From a virus: a stretch of DNA of 64,000 nucleotides. The stretch lies in the IMG/VR virus record IMGVR_UViG_3300025892_000012, positions 1 through 64,000 of that record; one strand, written 5' to 3'. The translations under genes were made by a program, and so were the position numbers. The notes under the pieces are model-generated. The model did no database searches. It was not told the DNA's origin and saw only the letters and a list, made by a program, of their open reading frames with translations. Below, one piece after another: positions 41,201 through 50,543 of this stretch (within the stretch, counting starts at the first letter, position 1; every line of letters begins with the position of its first letter).

Positions 41201-42201
41201 CTAATTCTCATGTAGAAATAAATTTCAGTAGTGTACGTCCAACAATTGTGAGTGTAGATTCTCCTATTAATTTAGTAAGAGAAGGTCATTATTATAAAGG
41301 AGTTTTGAGATATGAAATGGATGATCCTAATGATGTTATTGAAGCGTATGCAATAGGATATGAAAAAGATCCTTCTAATTTTAAATCACTTCCTCTGTAT
41401 GAAGATACAATTACAAATTTACCAAGTGGGTCTTATACTGCACAAACTGATAATTCTAGAATAATTGAGCAACAATTTAAAATTCCGACAGAAGATATAG
41501 ATGGTTCTAAATTAATTTATATTCGTTTGAGAGATCAAGCTGGAAATGAATCTTTGAATTATAGAATTTCTGTGAGAGCATTGGATTTTGAAACTAATAA
41601 ATTTGAGGTGACTCCAGATTCTTATATGTTTGGAATAACAAATAATGTCAATATACTTTATGATATAGATTCTAATCCAACTGATATTACATATGGTTAC
41701 AGAGTAGATGATACCAATGAACCTCATGTATGGCATACTCCAGTATTATATAAAAATAGTATAGGAGAATATTACTTTGACTTTAATTTAGATGTAACTT
41801 CATTAACACCTGGACCACATACTTTACATGTGTGGTTAAAGAGTAAAGAAGGTGAATTAGTTTTAAAGAATTCAACATTTGTTAGTGAACAATCTCAAGT
41901 AGCACCATATGCATTTATATCTATTGCAAAAACGAAGTTTGAGGAAGGTGTGAAAAAGGTTTGGGTAGAAGCAAATATCTTTGATGATGGAGTAGGTGTT
42001 GAAAAAATATGTTTTGATGAAAATAGTAATCCTGACGTTTTTGAAAATATAAATATAGTACAAAATAAAAGAATTATTAAATTATTTCAATATGACCAAT
42101 TTAACAATAATTCAATAACATATAAGTTAAAAATGATAGATGCTGTTAACAGTCCATCTTTAACATATAACGTTTCAATTGACTTGTCTAGTGTCTATTG
42201 A
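35233..42201 (+). CDS. Giant tandem Ig-like repeat protein (2322 aa)
   Basis: Roughly 20 repeats of ~100-110 aa, each ending D..(G/N)N.S...D..(P)P; Asn/Thr/Tyr/Val-rich beta composition. Confidence 0.72.
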   Translation: MAITGSIYLSTAAIVLTAPPKYQLTFNVNANSTNLLTKYQLFVDNVQVGVDQIINPNINNYSNTNIAYAVDGTGWHDIGILFFDDQGNTQLFTTRIYLDLTNPILNGFALNRIERDATNDYVVYFDIDVSDETGISRTKIINSNDGTSSEVLVPLSFNDYRAEQSIVVPGFNNNVTKDFYLEWEDYSGNIIQTTSPITVFFTNTLPVITNFEVKEITQTATDYVVTTEIGTSFASYQDIIEYSVTYEDPASVWKNILITTSGGVITDTFTIPLSEPAGLKTLYAKIKDNYQNESNVFPINHLIDKVNPIGSVKLEYAEKIGSNYYANVKFTATDAGLISHYSHNFISENVTNWNVVNPKTQTFNKFKTFNLGTNGQSVMYVKYRDFSGNLSPAYQLPLDIDTTNPEFEFSFDHGELRIDGDYNAFFHLLASDNNKIKFIKLFGVNQITSNLIGSNNWVQIAETNQYEEIRPIVIPATENEDIIKFYYQVRDLYGNYSAFKTIDLNFDKTAPVVNTFTYKDAEKYSTYHRIHFDFNATDNLGIIAYRLGFDDITVESWINVTNTTNLDKSVYVDLYNANELGVTKDVLVQVKDVFGNVSNIASYSVKLEDQSPLGSLTFAGGGLSPTDFLLDFDITGVDTDSDVYWYSLEIDDSTITNWYKVNTPGLNIAQVVQKTLPRASTGRHNFYLRVADIYKNVSPTYNLEYDLDSIAVVGGLEVDDIEKSALNYTANVHLYAFDNRKVKSYSLNGGADTLLVPAVKSFDDYVLVPLGLTPGQKQITVQYKDTFDNLSNTYSVVFNLDNIDPHSNIVFNNATSNTTTMFMNIDTHLTDNQDVYEYKFWYVGDSEPYDYTTLPRGIVNTTINKIFEVPKSDTFPQFTVRVRDFFDNEHSNTLSKIVTTVPPTINSLTVNSISYTVAGINVGVDYVVTADNNSTVDYLDVVVNPSGATQLDAFTVNIDPNVVNATGTFYYDFPIISNFNFEVKAYSDYGYYSAPSYLAQNFDSIGPVISNVTFLGSFDDNNDYILQFRIQGTDATSGIRKIQATALTTPNPITTSYTIDLTNNLDEVVHLRLDRSSTSNYIDVSFILFDLLDNPSNSYTLSNLYLDSDAPQISNTIFNLNKKYGGSVLPGANTPNIEVSFDAYDFSNITHYKYSPNLTETYNASWTSIAEAQTISVTETVNLDTLGFVEGARVFYFHVRDRFNNIATAGINVEYDKTPPSVSTTFLNRIERANVAGIDTFVIPYTLAYSDNYSEVLTLHENYEYGTTSSNTISKNLLPQVTSNTVTERHYVPVNYYGDTTINIALEDRFENVSANSSFNVFLENNPPVIHYAKINNGAVYTTSKDVYIRMDLSDDQGVTERLFSTANNETWNSVGWVPIPYAPARNITPTFSVDLEALGFTQGTCNVYAYIKDFCQNISNTAQTIIYDYEPPVITDFKVNNIIRNINTFEVSLNGYSYDVTSGLDTYYISQSNNHNTYKSVPNAPVIGNTPILFNQIESISNKDTGWKYFYFQTTDAAGNISAKANTQIYIDGLAPVIAFFQPTSTISKYYLNAANNEFEYIVSDDYALTSIQYEIDNSALSVVNTYDANNNILYDANTFLADFSSLVDGEHTIYLNAFDSFNNRVRIPYEFYFDNTPPVITNYDFKKIKPVVPDSTHYDVELRLSAYDNVSVDYYEIYVDGNLLSSVDVDAVNFNHTPTVNTTLTTMFESDLDMTLALIVDGYGGGKILTVAMVENYTGTQTEDDQIKLFANVELGIPTTEINTYAVLGNDIDIITQNTMPGATTTLSDEITSINYGDPAFPTNPYTLIQLQYETGTFPFLPTSTLSNYITNNYSYLVGTGPSPGRYNTAYVTGRFTDLSVKKELHHYVVKVYDNAGNMTQGTLSKFIHNGDNLKIENFTVDSVTTINRTDISDEIFQADISSDVDIIEYALTIHPQIDYDSALWKNFVTPANTISYTETVNTDIFAVSTLSTNKVYLHVKDDCGNVANSHVEINFSSVRPTIVSVDSPINLVREGHYYKGVLRYEMDDPNDVIEAYAIGYEKDPSNFKSLPLYEDTITNLPSGSYTAQTDNSRIIEQQFKIPTEDIDGSKLIYIRLRDQAGNESLNYRISVRALDFETNKFEVTPDSYMFGITNNVNILYDIDSNPTDITYGYRVDDTNEPHVWHTPVLYKNSIGEYYFDFNLDVTSLTPGPHTLHVWLKSKEGELVLKNSTFVSEQSQVAPYAFISIAKTKFEEGVKKVWVEANIFDDGVGVEKICFDENSNPDVFENINIVQNKRIIKLFQYDQFNNNSITYKLKMIDAVNSPSLTYNVSIDLSSVY

Positions 42202-42424
42202 AAACTATAAAAGAGACCGCAATACACTTGCTATTGTTGCAGTAAATAAAGAAGATATAAATACTCATAGGTCCACAATACACCAAAGAAATTTATTACA
42301 TTCTTATTTAAATAATCAAAGTGATGAAATTCGTCTTCTTAAAAATGAATTAACAGAATTAAAAAATATTATAATCAATTTAGTAAAAAATCAAGATAAT
42401 TTAGGAAAAGCTAATGGCAATTAA
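42179..42424 (+). CDS. Small coiled-coil structural-module protein (likely start GTG 42191)
   Basis: RD..TLAI...EIRLLKNEL.ELKNII pattern; overlaps both neighbours. Confidence 0.6.
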   Translation: MTCLVSIENYKRDRNTLAIVAVNKEDINTHRSTIHQRNLLHSYLNNQSDEIRLLKNELTELKNIIINLVKNQDNLGKANGN

Positions 42425-45400
42425 TAAGATACAAACTGGTCAAACATTTGGTAATTGGCTTGATACTACAAACCAGATGATTGATGATTTAAATGCTGCA
42501 ACTCCAAATCGTATAGGCGGAAGACTAGCTAGATACAGTTCTACTGGAAATCTAGATGTATTTGATTTGGATGCCAATACACTTATATTATCTAGTGGAA
42601 CACGGATAGATAGAATTAATACCGACTACAGAACTTTTGAAGACGATAATACTATTCTTACTGCTAATGCGGTGTATCAAGCAATTCGTGCAGAAGATAA
42701 ATCTACTATTAAAGACACACCAGGTGGTTTACCGGCAAATAGTAGTATCTCAGTAGCTTTAAATGAGATGGAGTTTATTATTGATGGTGCTTTACAAATG
42801 AGTGTTTTTGCAAGTAACACTACATTTGAAAATGATTTGTATGTTAAAGGAGATTTATTTGTACAAGGAAATACTGTTGAATTTACAACAGAAACTTTAA
42901 ATGTTGAAGACAATAACATTATTTTAAATAAAAATGGAACCGTTAATAAAAGTACAGCAGAAGGAGCCGGTTTTGATGTAGATAAAACTTCAGCATTTTT
43001 TAGATTAGTAAACAGTGAGAACAGATTTCCATTATACAATGATGTTAAAAATATAGAGTTGGATACTGCAAATCCTGATAAATCACTTTATAGTATTAAT
43101 AATATTACTAATCTTCCAATTACAATAAATGAGAAAGATATCTTAGAATTAAGATATACTATTGATCCTGTTAATGAACCGAAGTCTAACAAATATCCAA
43201 TTGGCATTGGTCTAACAGAAGATGTGAATCGTGAGCAGGTGGGTAATGTAATAGAACCTGCTGTGAATGGTTTGAATCAACAAATTGGTGAAGTTGAATA
43301 TATTATTGGAGGAACTTCATATAGTGATTATAATTCATACAAAGCAGCATTTTTAGCAACGAATGTAGAGACCGATGTAGTAGTTAAATTTACACCTGAA
43401 AATGAAGGAATATATTATTATTGGGGTGGTAGAGTAGTAAACACATCTGAATTTAGAGAATTACTATTAAATGTGGGTGTAACACATAATGGTTTAGATG
43501 GTGTTTATGTAATGGATGAACCTGATGATAACATACTTGATAACAATCCATCTATTAATATGTTTCAGGGTGATACATATAAATTTGGAATTACACTATC
43601 AGATCCAGGTCAAAGAGATCATTATTTTGCTATTGGTAAAACTCCTTACACAGACCCGAATCGCACAGATGTTGATAATATTATTACTGATAAAAGAGTT
43701 ATCACATATGAAGTAGATGGCAATGTATTTGATTTTACTGCTGGAGATACGTTTGATGATTATATAGCTGCATTTACAAATAATTCCAGTCAAGTTGCAA
43801 ATATTACATTCACTCCAATTGAAACTGCAGTTTATAATTATTGGTCAAATGCCAATAATCAAATTATAAATGCTGGCGCTGAGATTAATGTCTCCGCTAA
43901 TAATATTTACATGGGCGCTCCAATCAATGTTCAATTCCCTATGGGATTGCAACATTCAAGAACAGTAAGTATTGGAACTATAAACGGTATTACCGGTATT
44001 AATTTAAATGGAAATCCAAAAGAAGATTTAATGATAGATGCCGGCGATACTATCACATTTACTGTACCCGCGGCATTAATTACTAGCAATCCTTTAGATG
44101 TAATTGGAATTGGAGAATCTGTAAATGCTGATCCTTTAGAATTTTTAGAAGGTGTTGACTATATTGTAGATGATGTATTAATTAAAACATATGCAGGCTA
44201 TGTAGGAGCATACACTACTAATAACGGTAAAGATATTACAATAAAATTTACTCCTATTACAGCAGGTGATTATTATTATTGGTCAGCAGGAAATCAAGAT
44301 TATGGAGGGAAGATTACAGTAAATGCACCAAGAGTAAAAAGTTTAAGTGCATTTCATTTGAATACTGATAATGATACAGCTACAATAGAAAATCCATCTA
44401 AGTTCAGAGTCACTAAAAATCATGTTAATGTTTTTGAATTAAATGGTGAATTCGCAGATTTCTCAGGAACAAATAAAGGATTGGTATTACCTAGCGAATC
44501 ATTTGATTTTACTGCAGCAGAAGGTGCTGTAGACGGCATTATAAGATATAATCCACTATTAAAATTATTTGAAGGTTATTCCCAAAATGAATGGAGAGGT
44601 TTGGGTGGTGTGATTGATTTAAATCAAGACACATTTATTGAAGCCGGAACAATTGCTACACCTGCTGATGATACTTTATATTTTAGTGCAAATGGTAAAA
44701 CAGTTTCAATAATAAATGAAGAACAGAATTTCTTAGAATCAGATAAAGCAACAGTAACAACTCTGGGTAATGTAACATCAGATAAAGAAGCTAAAATACG
44801 TGTAGAGTCTAATGCAAATACTGCTGAATATAGTATAATAGTAGATGGCAAGTCAGATATATCAGAAGGCGGAGTCCATACAGTTGAAGATAGAGTATCT
44901 GGAATTAGAATAGACCATGTGGGTATGGATATAGACTCTAATGGATATTTAAAATTACCAGTTGGTGAAGTTTCTGAAAGACCATTAGTAGCTAGAGAAG
45001 GTATGATTAGATTGGCTGCTGATAGTTTACAAGTATGGGATGTTGAAAGTGGAAATTATGAATCAATAGGTGCTTTAGAGTATTATGAAGATACAAGTTG
45101 GAAAACTTTAACATTTGTTACCAATGAATTTACTAGTTATAATAGACCAAGTGCTACAAATGTAATAGAATTTACAGATATTCAAGTACCTTTTGAAAAA
45201 AATGATGTTGATGTTTATGTTGATGGTTTACGAGTTCAAAAATCAGACTTTGATATTGTCACCACATCTGACAATCAAATCGCAACAACAGTAACTGTTG
45301 TCGGTAACGATTATAATTATACGACTGCAGTGCCAGCTACTGTTGGTTATAATGATGTTGTTGCATTTACTATTCCGATTGATTCTACTTCAAATACGTC

Positions 45401-46250
45401 TCCATTTTTAATAGGTATTGATGTTGGTGGTGGAAATATACAACCAGCTTCAATTGCTTATGGAGTAACATATGGAATTTACGATGGTGCAAATCTAGTT
45501 GATTACACAGGAGATATAGCGAATTATATTTCTACATTTGAAGATGCAAATACTCATGGAAATAATGCTGTAGTTACATTAACTACTAAGTCCAATCAAG
45601 TATATCACTTATACTCAAACAATGCATCAATTACTACGACTACATTGGGTGCATCTGGACACACTTTACATACATGTAGTTTAAACTTTGTAGATAATAG
45701 AGCAAGTACACAAGTTATATCAGTAGTACATAGGCCTGGTAGAACAATAGGTACTACAACTATAGATGCAGTTAATAAATCTGAATTATCTAATGGTTAT
45801 GTAAATGATATTCGTATTACTGGCACAACTCATTTAGGTGCCGGACAAAAATCTATATCAACTACTAGTGGTGCATTGATTGTTTCTGGTGGTGTGGGTG
45901 TAGGTGGAGATTTATTTGTAGAGAAGTCTATAACAGAACTTTCTGCAGCCGAACTAAAAGAAAATATATCTCCTATTGATTCTGCTCTTGATAAAATCAA
46001 ACAATTAGTTGGGGTAGAATTTACTTGGAAAGATGACAAAACAGAATCAAAAGAGTATGGATTAATTGCAGAGAACGTGGCCGAAATAACACCAAACTTA
46101 GCATCATTTAAAGATGCTAAACCTCAAGGTGTCAAATATAGTAAAGTAGTTGCGTTACTTATAGAAGCTATGAAACAACAACAAGAAGAGATTGATATTT
46201 TAAAATCTTTGATACCTAAAAAAAGAACTAGAAAAAATAAATCAGAATAA
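42414..46250 (+). CDS. Tail fibre with cupredoxin-like repeats and S74-type chaperone
   Basis: TFGNWL..TN N-terminus; VEDNNIILN; three FTP...YYYW repeats; GIIRYN....FEGY...W.GLGGV.D; LPVG....RP; C-terminal ELKENI...GLIAENV...VKYSKVVALLIEAMK. Confidence 0.75.
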   Translation: MAINKIQTGQTFGNWLDTTNQMIDDLNAATPNRIGGRLARYSSTGNLDVFDLDANTLILSSGTRIDRINTDYRTFEDDNTILTANAVYQAIRAEDKSTIKDTPGGLPANSSISVALNEMEFIIDGALQMSVFASNTTFENDLYVKGDLFVQGNTVEFTTETLNVEDNNIILNKNGTVNKSTAEGAGFDVDKTSAFFRLVNSENRFPLYNDVKNIELDTANPDKSLYSINNITNLPITINEKDILELRYTIDPVNEPKSNKYPIGIGLTEDVNREQVGNVIEPAVNGLNQQIGEVEYIIGGTSYSDYNSYKAAFLATNVETDVVVKFTPENEGIYYYWGGRVVNTSEFRELLLNVGVTHNGLDGVYVMDEPDDNILDNNPSINMFQGDTYKFGITLSDPGQRDHYFAIGKTPYTDPNRTDVDNIITDKRVITYEVDGNVFDFTAGDTFDDYIAAFTNNSSQVANITFTPIETAVYNYWSNANNQIINAGAEINVSANNIYMGAPINVQFPMGLQHSRTVSIGTINGITGINLNGNPKEDLMIDAGDTITFTVPAALITSNPLDVIGIGESVNADPLEFLEGVDYIVDDVLIKTYAGYVGAYTTNNGKDITIKFTPITAGDYYYWSAGNQDYGGKITVNAPRVKSLSAFHLNTDNDTATIENPSKFRVTKNHVNVFELNGEFADFSGTNKGLVLPSESFDFTAAEGAVDGIIRYNPLLKLFEGYSQNEWRGLGGVIDLNQDTFIEAGTIATPADDTLYFSANGKTVSIINEEQNFLESDKATVTTLGNVTSDKEAKIRVESNANTAEYSIIVDGKSDISEGGVHTVEDRVSGIRIDHVGMDIDSNGYLKLPVGEVSERPLVAREGMIRLAADSLQVWDVESGNYESIGALEYYEDTSWKTLTFVTNEFTSYNRPSATNVIEFTDIQVPFEKNDVDVYVDGLRVQKSDFDIVTTSDNQIATTVTVVGNDYNYTTAVPATVGYNDVVAFTIPIDSTSNTSPFLIGIDVGGGNIQPASIAYGVTYGIYDGANLVDYTGDIANYISTFEDANTHGNNAVVTLTTKSNQVYHLYSNNASITTTTLGASGHTLHTCSLNFVDNRASTQVISVVHRPGRTIGTTTIDAVNKSELSNGYVNDIRITGTTHLGAGQKSISTTSGALIVSGGVGVGGDLFVEKSITELSAAELKENISPIDSALDKIKQLVGVEFTWKDDKTESKEYGLIAENVAEITPNLASFKDAKPQGVKYSKVVALLIEAMKQQQEEIDILKSLIPKKRTRKNKSE

Positions 46251-46262
46251 GGATATAAGAAT

Positions 46263-47993
46263 ATGGCCACTAAAGGAAAAATATTAAGCTATGTTGATAA
46301 TGTTGTATCTAGTTATGATAGTCTAGAACAAGAAGCTAGATTTCCAAACCTTGCAATTGATAATACCGCAGACGTACAAAATCTTAATGTAGTTGATACA
46401 AATATTACTAATCAATTAAGAATAGGTGATGTCACTACTGGTTATACTTTTCCTTCTAGTAGACCATCAAATGCAGCAGGTTATTATCTATCTATGAATA
46501 ATGCAGGTAATTTTGAATTTAAGAATTTTTCAACAGAAAGTTTATCAACGGATGATATAGCAGGAATAACGCTAGATGGTGCTAATGATGGTGATATTGT
46601 ACACTTTTCTAATGGAAGTATTACAACAGAACTCACTTCTCAAATTACTGTGATTGATAATAGGCCACCATTAGACGGTAGATTCTTATCAAATTCAGAT
46701 AGACTGTTAATTTCATCTGATGCTGGAGTTGGTACAAAGTTATATAGAATTGAAATTAAAGATTTATTACAAGGATTAGAATTTCTACAAACTAGTGTTT
46801 CTGTTGTTGGGAGTTTAACGTCCAACACAAAAATGGCAGCAGGTGCAGATAATTTTACTTATATTATTGACAAAAACAATATTTTAACAACAATTGCAGA
46901 AATAGATATTGATGGGTTAGCATTAAATGGTAATATAAAATTAACAGATACTTCTATACTTTCTTTTGGAAATACTTCAGATGCTTTTATAGATACTTCT
47001 CCTGCAGAAGGTTATATATTTTCAAGAAATGGTAATACCGTAACTTTTAGTTTTAATGGAACTGAAAATTTAACTATTACAGATAATCAAATAGAAGTTG
47101 GTTCTAATTTAATATTAGATAATGGGGCGTATTTGACTTTAAATGGTGGAGGATTTTACAACTCTACAGACCGTACGTTAGAATTAAGAGCAAACTGTGT
47201 GATTGATCAAAATCTAAGGTCTACTAATACAGATTCTGTTCGCTTTTATAATCTTCAAGCATCTGATTTCATGCGTGTTGGACAACCAACAGGCTATAGA
47301 TTAGATATAAAACCAGAAGCAACATTTCTGGAAATTGATGCATATGATGATAATGACCAACGAACACCAATTTTATCAAATACAGTAATCAGTATTCTTA
47401 GTAGTGAAGCGGCTACAAATTCTGGTCTTGGTGCTTTTAGAGTTGTAGGTGGAATCTATAGTGGTGCTAATATCTATGCTGGTGGTGGAATAGATGCGGT
47501 GGGAATCATAAGTTCTGCTCTTGAAATAAGTTCTGATTATAACATAATAGCGGGAGATACATTACAAGGTTTTGATTTATCCGTAGCAAATAATTCTGTT
47601 CTCGGTACGGTAGAAGCAGAAACTTTGAATGCAAATAACATAATTATAACTAATATTCAAGTTACTGAAGATATAAATGTAGCTAATTCTGTATTTGCTA
47701 TAGACTTTATTCAAAGTTCATCAATAGAATATAAAGAAAATATACAATCGTTTGAAAATGGATTAGATTATATTATCAATATGAATCCAGTTATTTATGA
47801 CAGAAAAGATAACAATTCTAAAAATAATATAGGATTTATAGCTGAAGATATGCAAAAAATATTACCAAATGTGGTTACAACTCTAGGTGATAAAACCGGT
47901 ATTAAATATACAGAAATAATTCCAGTGTTAGTTTCTGCATTGAAAGAACAGCAAAATAAGATAAGTGAACTTGAAAGTAAAATAAATAATTAA
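46263..47993 (+). CDS. Tail fibre/spike with S74-type chaperone
   Basis: C-terminal SS.EYKENI...MNPV.Y..K...IGFIAEDM...P..V...IKYTEIIPVLV.ALKEQQ. Confidence 0.75.
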   Translation: MATKGKILSYVDNVVSSYDSLEQEARFPNLAIDNTADVQNLNVVDTNITNQLRIGDVTTGYTFPSSRPSNAAGYYLSMNNAGNFEFKNFSTESLSTDDIAGITLDGANDGDIVHFSNGSITTELTSQITVIDNRPPLDGRFLSNSDRLLISSDAGVGTKLYRIEIKDLLQGLEFLQTSVSVVGSLTSNTKMAAGADNFTYIIDKNNILTTIAEIDIDGLALNGNIKLTDTSILSFGNTSDAFIDTSPAEGYIFSRNGNTVTFSFNGTENLTITDNQIEVGSNLILDNGAYLTLNGGGFYNSTDRTLELRANCVIDQNLRSTNTDSVRFYNLQASDFMRVGQPTGYRLDIKPEATFLEIDAYDDNDQRTPILSNTVISILSSEAATNSGLGAFRVVGGIYSGANIYAGGGIDAVGIISSALEISSDYNIIAGDTLQGFDLSVANNSVLGTVEAETLNANNIIITNIQVTEDINVANSVFAIDFIQSSSIEYKENIQSFENGLDYIINMNPVIYDRKDNNSKNNIGFIAEDMQKILPNVVTTLGDKTGIKYTEIIPVLVSALKEQQNKISELESKINN

Positions 47994-48025
47994 ACAAGTA
48001 CAATCACAATTGCAAAAGGAAAAAA

Positions 48026-49474
48026 ATGGCATTTATTAACAACACTATTTCTAAAAATGATATATTTATTAGAGTAGGTAATGTCTATGATTCTAATGTA
48101 GGAACACTTGCGTTAGCTTCTACAATTAATGTTACGTCAACTGTAGATTATTTTAGACCAGATCATGTGAATAACTTGGTTGTATTTGATAACGGACAAA
48201 CTAAATTTGTTAAATCTTTTATAGATGCTACTACTGTTACTGTAGAACCTAGTGATGTAGAAGTATTACAAGGAACAACGTTTACTATATTCTCTCCATC
48301 GTTAACAGTTGATAATGATGGTAGAATAATATTTGGAAAAGCGCAACCTAGTACCATAATGAATGGTGTGACAGGAATAGATTTAGATTTTGGATATGTT
48401 AGAAATTCAGCACTCCCAACTAATGCACATGACTTAGCCACAAAACAATATGTAGATTCTTTACGTATTGGACAATGGAATCATATTGAAAGATTTGAGG
48501 GAGATGGTGTTACTGATAGTTGGACAATAACAGTACCAATTTCTATTAAAAATGCAATTGTAAGTGTAGGTGGTGTAATTCAGGAACCTTATTATTCTTA
48601 TGTGTTTGAACAATTTGGTGAAAATACTAGAATAAAATTTTATGAAGCTCCGCCAACTGAAACATATGTAACAATTAGAACAACTACTGGAACAAATATA
48701 TCAGAAAGCACCGCTTTAGAAGAGATATTCGTTTCTGCAGATCAGCAAAGTACTTTTATTTTAGAAAATGAAGTATATGACAAATATGGATTAATTGTTT
48801 CTATTGATGGTGTTGTGCAGTCAACATTAAACTATGACATTCTTACTACACCTGCTGGTATAAGACAAGTAAATGGTTCAAATGTTTATTCTGGTAATGA
48901 ATATAAAATATTAAAATTTGCAGAAGGATTAGATCAAGGAGCAACTGTCAGAGTTTTAAATGTACGTGGAAGAGGATTTCATTCACATAGTGGAACTTCC
49001 TTTGTCATAGAAAATGATACTCTTGTTCCAAATACAATTTATTGGGATGAAAATAATTTCTTTTACAGAGATATCACAAACGCAAACGGCACATTCAATA
49101 TTACTCATGATTTAATTGCTTCCCGTGGAGGATTAAATGTTTATGCTAATACTTCATTAGATAATTTGTACATTAATTTACCAGAAATGGGTAGTGAATA
49201 TTCACCAGATCAGGCTCTTGAAGTTAAGATAGTAAAGGGTAACAACACATCAAATGTATTCATTAATTGTCATGGTAATAACTTTATGAACTATGAGGGT
49301 GTATTTGATGGTCATATTGGCGGAGGTGTTGTTTATGCAAGACAACCAGATGTTCCGAGTGTTATACACTTGGAGTGGGAAAGTTATTATAGAACATGGT
49401 ATATAAAATATGGAGTAGGAATTTGGAATGTAAATGCCAACACTATATCATATCCAAATACAGCACCTTATTAA
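48026..49474 (+). CDS. Tail/baseplate structural protein
   Basis: ATKQYVD fibre motif; two F.GDG / VS.GGV.Q repeats. Confidence 0.65.
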   Translation: MAFINNTISKNDIFIRVGNVYDSNVGTLALASTINVTSTVDYFRPDHVNNLVVFDNGQTKFVKSFIDATTVTVEPSDVEVLQGTTFTIFSPSLTVDNDGRIIFGKAQPSTIMNGVTGIDLDFGYVRNSALPTNAHDLATKQYVDSLRIGQWNHIERFEGDGVTDSWTITVPISIKNAIVSVGGVIQEPYYSYVFEQFGENTRIKFYEAPPTETYVTIRTTTGTNISESTALEEIFVSADQQSTFILENEVYDKYGLIVSIDGVVQSTLNYDILTTPAGIRQVNGSNVYSGNEYKILKFAEGLDQGATVRVLNVRGRGFHSHSGTSFVIENDTLVPNTIYWDENNFFYRDITNANGTFNITHDLIASRGGLNVYANTSLDNLYINLPEMGSEYSPDQALEVKIVKGNNTSNVFINCHGNNFMNYEGVFDGHIGGGVVYARQPDVPSVIHLEWESYYRTWYIKYGVGIWNVNANTISYPNTAPY

Positions 49475-49477
49475 TAT

Positions 49478-49804
49478 ATGTTTTTGAAAATTGAAAATCA
49501 GTTATTTAATACTGATAATTTACAATATTTTATATATGATGATAATAAATTAAGTATTCTATTTAATGGGTATGTTAAATGTGAACTACGTCAAAATAAT
49601 GAAGAATATTTAGATTTTTTAGATTACATAAAAACAGATGAAAATATAATTGTATTTAATAAATACTATGGTAGTAATTTAAAAAATATTAGCGGCTTAT
49701 ATCAAGAAAAAGATATAGTTACTTTTTATTTTTCAGATGGCAGTACTAAAAAATTTTCAGACATAAATTTTGACCAATTTGAAAAATTAATAACAGAGGA
49801 ATAA
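49478..49804 (+). CDS. Hypothetical protein (very AT-rich, internal duplication)
   Basis: Tightly packed ORF in the operon. Confidence 0.55.
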   Translation: MFLKIENQLFNTDNLQYFIYDDNKLSILFNGYVKCELRQNNEEYLDFLDYIKTDENIIVFNKYYGSNLKNISGLYQEKDIVTFYFSDGSTKKFSDINFDQFEKLITEE

Positions 49805-50008
49805 ATGCCACAGTTTTTTAATCTAAACGGCACACCAATACAATATATACCAGAGCTTAGAGTAAATGTTATTAAAGATCAATCTGCAAATTTAATGATT
49901 TTGCAGGTAGACACAGCAAATAATGCTGTGGATTTATATAACGTAGAATCTATCTATACTGTCAATGGTAGAGAAATAACTGCAAATAACATTGTAACAA
50001 ATCCATAA
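49805..50008 (+). CDS. Small hypothetical protein (paralog of 50016)
   Basis: GAGG RBS; MPQFFNL.G..IQ.I.ELRV. Confidence 0.6.
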   Translation: MPQFFNLNGTPIQYIPELRVNVIKDQSANLMILQVDTANNAVDLYNVESIYTVNGREITANNIVTNP

Positions 50009-50015
50009 ATTATAA

Positions 50016-50222
50016 ATGCCTCAAATATATAATCTTGGCGGAATGTCAATACAAAAAATAGAAGAGTTAAGAGTAGATATGTTGTCATCTTCAAATGGAA
50101 GATATAATATTATGGAACTGCATTATAATAATGGTAGTGTATTATGGAGAAATGTAAGATATATTCATACAAGTGGAGGTAGAATAATCAATGCAGAAAA
50201 AATTCAAGAATCACCAGGTTAA
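50016..50222 (+). CDS. Small hypothetical protein (paralog of 49805)
   Basis: MPQIYNL.G..IQ.I.ELRV. Confidence 0.6.
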   Translation: MPQIYNLGGMSIQKIEELRVDMLSSSNGRYNIMELHYNNGSVLWRNVRYIHTSGGRIINAEKIQESPG

Positions 50223-50235
50223 TAAAAGAGAATAA

Positions 50236-50514
50236 ATGGCAGCAGGAACACTAAGGTTAGCTAATGTAACAGTATTTGAAGCTAACACTACAAGTGGAAA
50301 TATTAAAGTTCCTACAGGAACAACGCTAGAAGGTATCACCGATATTCTTGATTTGAGCTTAAATAGTGCTGCATTTTCAACTTCTACTAATATTTTGTCA
50401 TTGGGAAATTTTAGCGGAAATACAGTAACAGTTGATTTAAGTACATTGAGTGGTGGAGGAGGTGGCGGCGCATCACTAGGAGATGTCACTGCATTAGCAA
50501 TAGCACTCGGTTAA
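50236..50514 (+). CDS. Short fibre-like protein ending in an AIALG motif
   Basis: TVDLSTL, Gly linker, C-terminal VTALAIALG. Confidence 0.55.
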   Translation: MAAGTLRLANVTVFEANTTSGNIKVPTGTTLEGITDILDLSLNSAAFSTSTNILSLGNFSGNTVTVDLSTLSGGGGGGASLGDVTALAIALG

Positions 50515-50543
50515 TTTTTTAAAAAAGTTAAAGAAATAAAAAA

